Positions 19,833-28,080 of a stretch of 64,000 nucleotides of DNA are shown in pieces. Position 1 is the stretch's first letter. Each line of letters begins with the position of its first letter. The DNA comes from Sedimentisphaeraceae bacterium JB056 (GTDB lineage: Bacteria; Planctomycetota; Phycisphaerae; Sedimentisphaerales; Sedimentisphaeraceae). Under the pieces are notes generated by a model. The model saw only the letters and a list, made by a program, of their open reading frames with translations, ran no database searches and was not told the DNA's origin. The stretch is from contig JBITAJ010000029.1 in the NCBI GenBank assembly GCA_044440125.1, positions 192,001-256,000 of the forward strand, in the 5' to 3' direction. The position numbers and the translations under genes were made by a program.

Positions 19833-21992
19833 ATGAAATATTTATTGGGATTATTGATTTGTGTTTCATTCTGTTTGGCGTCAGAAGTCAAGATATTAGA
19901 TAGTAATGGAGCACCGGCGTTTTTTGTAGAAGAAGAAGCGAAGTTTCCTATGTTCTTGTTTGAACAGGAGATTCTTGATAAAGATGCTGCCGAGTTTCAG
20001 AAGGCAGGTTTTGAGTTTTATTCTTGTATAGAACTGACCAAGCAGCTTGATCTTGGTTGGATTGGCAGCTACAAATTTGATACTTCTGCAAGCGAGAGGG
20101 TCATAAATGATTTTCACAAACGGATTCCCAATGGATATATATTGCCACGTGTTCACCTTTATGCACCTAAATGGTGGGGGCAGGAAAATCCAGAGGAACT
20201 TACTGTTTTTGCTGCGGCAAAAGCTGGCGAATATAAAGATATTTGTTGGGATGAAGGTCATCCACCAGTGTCTTTTGCATCTGAAAAATGGTTGAAAGAA
20301 GCAGGAGAGGGGCTTCGCAGGAATATAAGGGCAATGCTGTCGCTTCCGTGTTCTGAAAAGATTCTCGGAATACATATCTCGAATGCTCTTGGAGGAGAGT
20401 GGCATTACTGGAATCCTTTTGCTTTTCCTGATGCCAGTGAACCTATGCGAACGGCTTTTGTCAAGTACATGCGAAAGAAGTACAATGATGACATTGAGCT
20501 TTTAAGGAAAGCATGGAATGAACCTCAAATCAGCTTTGAGACAATAACGGTGCCTGATATTTCGGAACAAAAACAATCAGACATAGGCATGTTTAGAGAT
20601 CCATCCAAGAGACGTAAGGTGATTGATTATGGGTGGGCTTTTCATCAAGTGTGTTTTGATGCAATTGAATATTTTTGCCGAATTGTTAAGGAAGAAAGTG
20701 ATGGAAGACTTCTTACTGGCGTATTATATACTTATTCTCCTACAATTAACTGGTCTCAGACAGGTGACCATCGTGCAACGGAAAGAGCTCTTGAAAGCGA
20801 ATATATCGATATGATTGCTACGCCTCACTCTTATTCAAGAAGGGCTTTGGGTGAAGATGGTGCGTTTAGGAATTTTACTGCAAGTCTGAAAGCCCATGGC
20901 AAGCTGTTTCTTGATGAGAGTGACGACAGGACTCATCTTACCGGATCAATAGCCCTTTCTCATGTTCATTCTACAAATACAGCCGAGACTATTAATATAT
21001 TAAGACGTTCGTTCGCTAATGTTGTGTGTGACAGTGTTGGAATGTGGTATATGGATCAGTCGTCAGGTTGGTGGTACAATGAGCCTGAGATTTATAAAGA
21101 GTTTGCAAAAATAAAGAAATGGGCAGACTATTCAATGACACTTGATCGTGGCAGTTGCAGTGAGGTGGCTGTCATATCTTCTATGGAAAGCGGTTTCTAT
21201 CATCTCGACAGGATAACACGTAAGGATACAATTACTTATGCTTTGAATAGGCACCAGATAGGTGAATTTTATCATGCAGGTGTTCCATTTGACAGGTATT
21301 TTATTGAAGATATTGAACAGGGGCAAGTGCCGGATTCAAAAGTCTACATTTTCCTTGACTGTTTTTTCATGACTGATAACCAGCGAAATTCTGTCGAACA
21401 ACTAAAAAAAGAAGGGAAAACACTTGTCTGGTTTTATGCTCCTGGATTTGTTACTGAGGATTCGTTTTCTCTGGAAGCTATGCAGCAGCTTACTGGGTTT
21501 GATTATAAAATGGAACCTCGCGGGGATGTTGATTCTGAGTTGAGGTTAGTAACCTCGAAATTTGGCGAGAATGCAAAAGTTTTTGGCTGTTCAGTGCAGC
21601 AGGCTCCGGTTTTTTATGTACAGGCTCAGCCTGATGAAATATATGCTCGTTTTACAGATCATGGTTTTGCTGGAATGGCCTTTAGAGACTTTGGTACATG
21701 GCAATCAGTGTACTGTTATACTGGTTCAGTTCCTGCACTGGCAATTCGTGAAATATATAAAAAGGCAGGAGTGAATATTTATTGTGAAAGCGGTGATGTT
21801 TTATATGCTAACAGAAGTTGGGTAGGTATTCATGCTTCTTTAACAGGCAAAAAGAAGATTACACTTCCACAGAAAAGTGATGTTTTTGAAGTCTTCAGTG
21901 AAAAATTTATTGGTAAGGATGTTTCCGAATTTGATTGGGATATGAGTTTTGGAGAAACTGCGTTGTTTGTGTTATCCAATCCTCTTGAATAA
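19833..21992 (+). CDS. Secreted clan GH-A glycoside hydrolase (GH42-like), paralog of 10395-12668
   Basis: Signal peptide; PRVHL, SFASEKW, GGEWH, PHSY, FLDESDDRTH, WYMDQSSGWW. Confidence 0.7.
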   Translation: MKYLLGLLICVSFCLASEVKILDSNGAPAFFVEEEAKFPMFLFEQEILDKDAAEFQKAGFEFYSCIELTKQLDLGWIGSYKFDTSASERVINDFHKRIPNGYILPRVHLYAPKWWGQENPEELTVFAAAKAGEYKDICWDEGHPPVSFASEKWLKEAGEGLRRNIRAMLSLPCSEKILGIHISNALGGEWHYWNPFAFPDASEPMRTAFVKYMRKKYNDDIELLRKAWNEPQISFETITVPDISEQKQSDIGMFRDPSKRRKVIDYGWAFHQVCFDAIEYFCRIVKEESDGRLLTGVLYTYSPTINWSQTGDHRATERALESEYIDMIATPHSYSRRALGEDGAFRNFTASLKAHGKLFLDESDDRTHLTGSIALSHVHSTNTAETINILRRSFANVVCDSVGMWYMDQSSGWWYNEPEIYKEFAKIKKWADYSMTLDRGSCSEVAVISSMESGFYHLDRITRKDTITYALNRHQIGEFYHAGVPFDRYFIEDIEQGQVPDSKVYIFLDCFFMTDNQRNSVEQLKKEGKTLVWFYAPGFVTEDSFSLEAMQQLTGFDYKMEPRGDVDSELRLVTSKFGENAKVFGCSVQQAPVFYVQAQPDEIYARFTDHGFAGMAFRDFGTWQSVYCYTGSVPALAIREIYKKAGVNIYCESGDVLYANRSWVGIHASLTGKKKITLPQKSDVFEVFSEKFIGKDVSEFDWDMSFGETALFVLSNPLE

Positions 21993-22020
21993 TTTGACTG
22001 TTTTTTTTAAGGAGATTGTG

Positions 22021-25000
22021 ATGAATCTTTACAGAAAATTAGTGTTGAATTTATGTGTATTGTTGGCAGCAGTGTTTTACGTTTCTGCGGTGTCGGCAGA
22101 TATTGCGGTAAGTCAGTATAATGGCTTTCCTGTGATATCTGATAATAACGAACCCTGCTATCCCTTATTGTTGTTTCAGCAGGAAATAAGCTCGAATGAT
22201 GCTGATGAATTTTGTGATGCGGGTTTTGATTTTTATTCCTGTATCGAGAAATATTCTTACTTAGACCTTGGCTGGATTGGAAATCAACAGTTTGATTTTG
22301 ATCTTTTCGACAGGGTTATGCTTGAGTTTGTGAAGAATTTACCCGAAGGCGGATATTTGATTCCGCGAGTTCATGTATGGGCTCCCGAGTGGTGGGTTGA
22401 TGCTAATCCTAATGAGGCTATCGGTTATCTTATTCAGCCTCAGCCTCATCAATGGCTTGCCGGTGATGGTACAAAGCATGAGTCATTTGCTTCATCATTG
22501 TGGAAACAGGAGGCAGGTTATGGACTCAGACTTCTTGTAAGGCATATACTTAACAGTCCATATGCCAATAGAATAGCCGGATTACATATTGCTAATGGAG
22601 TTTATGGTGAGTGGCATATGTGGGGTGCAGAGTATGTGCCGGATACAGGAAGCAGCATGCTTGCTTACTTCAGGGATTATCTGCGGACAAAATACAATAA
22701 CGATGTTACTTCTTTGAGAAATGCATGGAACTGGCCTTATGTTATATTTGATACTGCGCCGATTCCTAATCAGACGGAACGTACAGCACGCTCTGACGGT
22801 CTTTTCTGTGATTCACAATGGAGCAGGGTTACGGATTATTACGAAGCACATAATAAAGCTGCTGTAGATGCGATTGATTATTTTTGTCAGATAGTCAAAG
22901 ATGAGAGTAATAATAAGCTGTTGACAAGCGTACTTTATGGTTATCAGCCTGATATGCCTCATCATCCTCTTGAGGTGGATCATCGCGGAGCTGCTCAAGC
23001 TTATCGTCTCAGCAGTGTTGACATGTTCGCTTCGCCGCATTCATACTGGTACAGAGATCTTGGGCAGGATGCATCTTTCAGGCATTTTCCTGAGAGTTTG
23101 AGAGTTAATGGCAAACTCTTTATGGATGAAGCTGATGTAAGGACTCACTTGTGTGATTCTTCCAATCTTTTCAGACATGCTACTAATATTGATGAGTCTC
23201 TTGCTGTTTTAAGAAGAGCTTTTGGTAACATGTTGACAGGAAGTGTAGGTGGCTGGTTTATGGATCAGTCATCAGGATTATGGTATGATGACCCGAGTAT
23301 TTATCATGATTTCGCGAATTATAAGCGTTGGGCTGATTATTCGCTTGCGTGGTCGCGTGAGAGAATTAATGATGTTGCTATTATAAGTTCTCTAAATAGT
23401 GAATTCTATATAGGTGCTGAAGATCAGCTTACGGCACAATTTTATGTGAAGCAGATACCACAGCTTTGCCGTGCAGCAGCCCCATTCAACAGATACCTTA
23501 TAGAGGATCTTGAAGAAGGTTTGGTTCCGGAGCATAAGGTTTATATCTTCATAGATTGTTTCTATCTTACCGATTCTCAGAGGACAGCAATCAATAATCT
23601 AAAAACTAACGGTCATACTTTACTGTGGATGTTTGCTCCAGGTTTTGCAGGACCTTCTGGGTTGTCGGTTACTGCTATGGAATCTTTGACAGGTATCTCT
23701 TTTACCAAGACTAATAATTGGTACAGTGATGTCTATCCTGATCAGAATTTGTTCCCGACTTCACCGGATACCTATAATACCTACCAGACCAATTTTGGTT
23801 CGCTTACTTCACTTTCGCCTAAGTTTTCGCCTGTTGCTTCGAGCTGTCAGGTTTGGGGTACGTGGCAGGATAACGGCCAGGGAGGTGCCGCTCTTGTAGT
23901 TAAGGATTATTCTAACTGGCGTTCAATTTATAGTCCTACTGCAGGCTTACCATGGGTGATACTGAATAAGATATATGAAGATGCTGGTGTGCATTTGTAT
24001 GCTCAGGCTGGTGACAATCTAATGGTTAATCAGAGCTTTGTAGGTATACATAGTGTTTCTGGTGGAAGTAAGACTATAAAACTTCCTCAGAGCAGTAATG
24101 TGTATGATGTTATTAACAATACATCTATTGCCAGTAACGTTACACAGTTTACCTTTACTCTTGGTGCGGAAAGAACTGCTCTATTTGCAATTGCAGATAA
24201 TATTGGTTCTTCTGCCGTTTGGACTAATGCTTCAGGTGATCACAGTTGGTCGCAATCAGGGAACTGGAGCGGAAGCACTCCGGTTGCAACTCCAAAGAGT
24301 GTTTTATTTGACTCTCATACTGGAACAGTAGATCAGACTTATGCTCATATACATAACGGTATAACAGGAGGGGCTCAGGCTGTTGATATGCTTCTGGGAC
24401 GTACCGGACATGATTCGAGGATATTGCATACGGATGGTGAAAATCGTTTCAGAACATTGTTTGTTGGTCTTGATTCTGATGAGATACATTCTGATTATCA
24501 TATGTATGGCGGTAAGGTTGAATCATATTTTGATGGTACATGGGGTGGAAAGATGCACGTTGGCTACAGTTCTAATTCTCTAAGCTCCGGTGCATTTTAC
24601 CAGCTTGGCGGTGTTGTGAATCTGAGCAAATGGCTTGAAGTAGGGTATAGCGGAGGGTCTTACGGACACCTGCAGATCGAAAAGGGGCTTTTCAAAGTTC
24701 CAGATTTTAGTATTTATAACGGTATTGTTGATGTTAAAGGCGGTTGGCTGGTTCTTGATTCTGAAACAAATTTCAGAAATTATGCTAATCAGGGCAAAAT
24801 ACTTGTTAATGGTTCTGCCGGTAATGAAAACAGTTTCTGTTACAGGCAGAGGAATAACAAAATTTATATCAGCATACCTTCATCTGTAACATGGTCATCT
24901 TCTGCAGGAGATCATCTTTTCAGCAATCCGGCTAACTGGGTTGAACAAAAGGCACCTCAGGGGACTCCTATGCAGGTCAACTTCTCTGTACACAGCGACG

Positions 25001-25557
25001 GTTGGAATGATTACTGCCTGATTGATGAAACTGCAAAGTGGGAATATGGCGGAATTGATGCGGTGGATGTCTTAGCAGGACGTGACGGTAAGGATACCAA
25101 GATAATTCAGACTGGCGGAGTGTTTGAGTTCAGGAATATGTTCTTTGGTATGGACAGTCTAGAGATACACACACAATACCATATGTACGGCGGTATTCTG
25201 AGAAGCTTCTATGATGGCAGTTTTGGTGGTCAGATGGTTCTTGGAGCCGGTTCAAATGCTAACAGTGACAATGTGTTCTATCATGAGGCTGGAGCAGTAA
25301 TACTTGATAGCTGGCTTTATGTAGGTGACAGCAGTGCCGGATATCTAATTTTGCATGATGGAATATTTATTGTGCCTAATCTTACAGTAAACCAGGGACA
25401 TGTTGATATTAGCGGTGGAACGTTGGTGTTGAATTGGGATACGGAGTTTAGGCAGTATGCTAATCAGGGTAAGATACTTGCTTACGGTTTAAGCGGCAAT
25501 GAAAACAGCTTTAATTATAAGCAGGTAAAGGATCAGATACATATTACCGCAAAATAG
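22021..25557 (+). CDS. Secreted GH42-like glycoside hydrolase with two C-terminal beta-solenoid repeats
   Basis: Same catalytic-region motifs (GEWH, FMDEAD). Two ~220-aa repeats begin W...GDH and both contain YHMYGG and FR.YANQGKIL. Confidence 0.7.
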   Translation: MNLYRKLVLNLCVLLAAVFYVSAVSADIAVSQYNGFPVISDNNEPCYPLLLFQQEISSNDADEFCDAGFDFYSCIEKYSYLDLGWIGNQQFDFDLFDRVMLEFVKNLPEGGYLIPRVHVWAPEWWVDANPNEAIGYLIQPQPHQWLAGDGTKHESFASSLWKQEAGYGLRLLVRHILNSPYANRIAGLHIANGVYGEWHMWGAEYVPDTGSSMLAYFRDYLRTKYNNDVTSLRNAWNWPYVIFDTAPIPNQTERTARSDGLFCDSQWSRVTDYYEAHNKAAVDAIDYFCQIVKDESNNKLLTSVLYGYQPDMPHHPLEVDHRGAAQAYRLSSVDMFASPHSYWYRDLGQDASFRHFPESLRVNGKLFMDEADVRTHLCDSSNLFRHATNIDESLAVLRRAFGNMLTGSVGGWFMDQSSGLWYDDPSIYHDFANYKRWADYSLAWSRERINDVAIISSLNSEFYIGAEDQLTAQFYVKQIPQLCRAAAPFNRYLIEDLEEGLVPEHKVYIFIDCFYLTDSQRTAINNLKTNGHTLLWMFAPGFAGPSGLSVTAMESLTGISFTKTNNWYSDVYPDQNLFPTSPDTYNTYQTNFGSLTSLSPKFSPVASSCQVWGTWQDNGQGGAALVVKDYSNWRSIYSPTAGLPWVILNKIYEDAGVHLYAQAGDNLMVNQSFVGIHSVSGGSKTIKLPQSSNVYDVINNTSIASNVTQFTFTLGAERTALFAIADNIGSSAVWTNASGDHSWSQSGNWSGSTPVATPKSVLFDSHTGTVDQTYAHIHNGITGGAQAVDMLLGRTGHDSRILHTDGENRFRTLFVGLDSDEIHSDYHMYGGKVESYFDGTWGGKMHVGYSSNSLSSGAFYQLGGVVNLSKWLEVGYSGGSYGHLQIEKGLFKVPDFSIYNGIVDVKGGWLVLDSETNFRNYANQGKILVNGSAGNENSFCYRQRNNKIYISIPSSVTWSSSAGDHLFSNPANWVEQKAPQGTPMQVNFSVHSDGWNDYCLIDETAKWEYGGIDAVDVLAGRDGKDTKIIQTGGVFEFRNMFFGMDSLEIHTQYHMYGGILRSFYDGSFGGQMVLGAGSNANSDNVFYHEAGAVILDSWLYVGDSSAGYLILHDGIFIVPNLTVNQGHVDISGGTLVLNWDTEFRQYANQGKILAYGLSGNENSFNYKQVKDQIHITAK

Positions 25558-25733
25558 CTGTCCGATCCAACTGATCTGAAATTTAATATTGGTTTGGTAT
25601 TTAGGATTTTTATTAGTTTATTGAAGATTTGACAAGTGTGTCTATGGCTTGTTTAATATGATAGGGAAGGATGTTCCAATAGTAGACTATATCTGTCAGA
25701 TCAGGGGCTAGCTCGAGCAGTGAGTGTTTAAAA

Positions 25734-25779
25734 GGTGTCCCTGAGGGTGTCCAAGCGATAGTTGTGTTTCTACAACTAT
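25734..25779. repeat. Direct repeat GGTGTCC x2 plus inverted repeat; candidate integrase arm/accessory sites
   Basis: GGTGTCC at 25734-25740 and 25746-25752; ATAGTTGT (25758-25765) / ACAACTAT (25772-25779). Confidence 0.45.
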
Positions 25780-25805
25780 TCTTTTCAGAAGAGTTTATGT
25801 TTTTC

Positions 25806-25858
25806 GAGCATCGGTCTTCGGAACCGAGGGCTTGGGGGTTCGAATCCCTACAGGTGTG
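25806..25858 (+). pseudogene. 3' fragment of tRNA-Arg(UCG), possible attR
   Basis: GAGCA, anticodon arm TCGGT-CTTCGGA-ACCGA, T-arm GGGGG-TTCGAAT-CCCTA, then CAGGTGTG. No matching 5' acceptor strand or D-arm upstream. Confidence 0.75.
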
Positions 25859-25867
25859 CTATTAAAT

Positions 25868-25920
25868 AAACCCTGCTTTTGACGCTTAAATCGCTACTTT
25901 TGGTGTCAAGAGCAGGGTTT
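25868..25920. terminator. Long, probably bidirectional intrinsic terminator
   Basis: AAACCCTGCTTTTGACGC ... GTGTCAAGAGCAGGGTTT inverted repeat between the tRNA fragment and the convergent operon. Confidence 0.7.
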
Positions 25921-25958
25921 TTGTGTTTTCAAGGTTTGTCTTGAAATGTGATGTCTAT

Positions 25959-27053
25959 TTATTTGCTGATTAAATAGATGGATAATTTTTTGTTGGCCTC
26001 ATAGCTTAGTTCGGTAACTGAGTTGTGCGTTAGATAATAATCACCTTTTTTCAGTTTGAATTCTTTATCGCCGCAACGGAACATACCTTCACCTTCGGCT
26101 ACTACCGCTATGTACCAGGGGAAGCGGGATTTGAAATCTACGCTTGAATTTACTTGCAGCTTCTGCACGCGGAAATGCTCGGTAATCGAGTGGTCGATGA
26201 CGTCGCTGTATACGAAGTCCTCGGTTTTTTCGATGATCTTCTCAGCAGGGCAGAATCTTTTCAATGTTTCGGCTCTGTCATAAGCATGTTCATAATCGAA
26301 GCACTCCAGGCCGATCTCCGGGTCGAGTCCCTGCCACATATCGTAATCGCTGAGCTCTACGCCGTCGAGATATTTTTCCGGTTGCACAACAAGGTCGGTC
26401 GGTTCCTGTACTTCGAGTATGAAGCAGCCTGGGCCTATTGCGTGGGGCAGCTTGCCGGGGATGAAGAAAACGTCCGATTCGTTTACTTCGAATTTATGCA
26501 TGCAGGAGGTAACGGTTTCCATGTCCTGTTCCCTGACAGCCTGTTTGAACTTTTCCTTATCGATATCCGGCTTGAAGCCCATATAGACATACGGTTCAAC
26601 TCCGTTTACGGCTCTTTTACCGATAACGATCCACATCTCCGTCTTGCCGTGATTGCTGTTGCAGTATTTTTGTGCGAACGGTATGTCCGGATGGCATTGT
26701 ATGGGCAGCCTTATGGCCGAATCGATGAATTTGCAAAGTATGCCAACGCCATCTTCGCCGATATTATCTGCACCCAGAATTTTATCAGGAAACTGCTCAA
26801 GCACATCGCGAAGAAACACCCGCTGCCCCGATGGAGACACGAAACTGCTTAGCCCTTCGAATTCCGATTGCTGGTTTTTATCATTTTGCGCTACGGTCGT
26901 AGATGCGATCCATTCTTCGGGGAAAAAAGAATCGCTGCTTTGCGTATTGCCTGAGAGTTTATCGAGCATTGCCCCGCCTTTATAAAGCCGCCATACTCGA
27001 TTAGGTTCGAAAAAAATAGGATATTTCAATATTTCATCAATTTCTTTTTTCAT
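25959..27053 (-). CDS. Type I phosphomannose isomerase-like cupin
   Basis: PEEW, LCKFID, LPIQCHP, GKTEMW, PGKLPHAIG, EVQEPTD. Confidence 0.85.
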   Translation of the reverse strand: MKKEIDEILKYPIFFEPNRVWRLYKGGAMLDKLSGNTQSSDSFFPEEWIASTTVAQNDKNQQSEFEGLSSFVSPSGQRVFLRDVLEQFPDKILGADNIGEDGVGILCKFIDSAIRLPIQCHPDIPFAQKYCNSNHGKTEMWIVIGKRAVNGVEPYVYMGFKPDIDKEKFKQAVREQDMETVTSCMHKFEVNESDVFFIPGKLPHAIGPGCFILEVQEPTDLVVQPEKYLDGVELSDYDMWQGLDPEIGLECFDYEHAYDRAETLKRFCPAEKIIEKTEDFVYSDVIDHSITEHFRVQKLQVNSSVDFKSRFPWYIAVVAEGEGMFRCGDKEFKLKKGDYYLTHNSVTELSYEANKKLSIYLISK

Positions 27054-27054
27054 T

Positions 27055-28080
27055 TCAGTGTCCTGCTATAAGGCTTCCCTTTATTGTTATCTTTTTGCTG
27101 TTCCATTTTTCGGCCAGACGCTGCTGGATACAAAGCAGTTCTATTGTTTTTGCGGCCATTTCTGCGAACGGCTGTTTGATTGTCGTTATTCCTGATGCTA
27201 TGGCTTCTTCCAGGCCGTCGATCCCGTAGACTTCAGCTTCGCTGCCGACAATTGATTTTACGGCTATTGCCGCCATGTCGTTTACGCATATAACGGCGGT
27301 TTTTCGCCGGTGATCGAGCAACTGTTCTTTCCTGGCGTTGATCTCTTTTCTGATATCTCCCTGCCACGGTATATATTCAATAGCGTGTTCAGTACTGCTT
27401 GCCTGACAATATCGCAGAAAAGCGGCTTCTCTTTGCTTGTCGCTGTCGGCATCGAGCATGCTGTGGCTTATCATTATGATCTTTTCTGCCCCGTCTATTA
27501 GAGCCTTGCTTACCAGCTTTTGTATCGCATCGTCATTGTCGAGCCCGACATAGTCGGCATAGCCGCCGGGAAGCATTCTGTCAAAGAATACCATATTTGT
27601 TCCAAGCAGTCGCAGTCTGGCGAATGTGTCGGAGTGAAAGTTTCTGCTTGGCCATATTACCATATTCTTAATTCCCTTGGAAACGAGTTTAATCGCCGCC
27701 TGCTCTTCGATCTCCGGGTCCTGTTCGGTTATCTTCAATATGCACAAGGCATCACGCCTATCAAGCTCTTTCTGAAACGATTCGAGAAACTCCATGGCAA
27801 AGGGGTCCTTGATAGCTGTAAGGAATGCTACCTTGTCTATTTGCTCGGAATTTCCCTGCCAGCTTGCATTGGCAACGAATGTTCCCTTGCCCTGTTTTCG
27901 CTGAAGTATCCCCGCTTCTTCGAGTATGCCGTAAGCACGCCGTACCGTTACCCGGCTGACCTGGTGCTCTTGGGATACCTCACGCTCGGTGGGGAGCCTG
28001 GAGCCGATATCATATCTGCCGCTTAGAATAGCGTTGAATATAGCATCTCTAACCAACAGTGTTTTGTCTTCTTCTTTCAT
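27055..28080 (-). CDS. GntR wHTH + LacI-type effector domain regulator (AraR-like)
   Basis: RLPTERE...VSRVTVRRA...QGKGTFV; C-terminal ICVNDMAA, GIDG, ITTIKQP. Confidence 0.9.
   Translation of the reverse strand: MKEEDKTLLVRDAIFNAILSGRYDIGSRLPTEREVSQEHQVSRVTVRRAYGILEEAGILQRKQGKGTFVANASWQGNSEQIDKVAFLTAIKDPFAMEFLESFQKELDRRDALCILKITEQDPEIEEQAAIKLVSKGIKNMVIWPSRNFHSDTFARLRLLGTNMVFFDRMLPGGYADYVGLDNDDAIQKLVSKALIDGAEKIIMISHSMLDADSDKQREAAFLRYCQASSTEHAIEYIPWQGDIRKEINARKEQLLDHRRKTAVICVNDMAAIAVKSIVGSEAEVYGIDGLEEAIASGITTIKQPFAEMAAKTIELLCIQQRLAEKWNSKKITIKGSLIAGH

Noticed and set aside
25629..25660. TTGACA promoter pointing at the tRNA fragment
   Set aside because: The best -10 (TAATAT) needs a 19-nt spacer, so support is weak in AT-rich DNA.
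25780..25860. Intact, split or intron-containing tRNA gene
   Set aside because: No complementary 5' acceptor strand or D-arm was found nearby, and the T-stem is imperfect. It is treated as a fragment.
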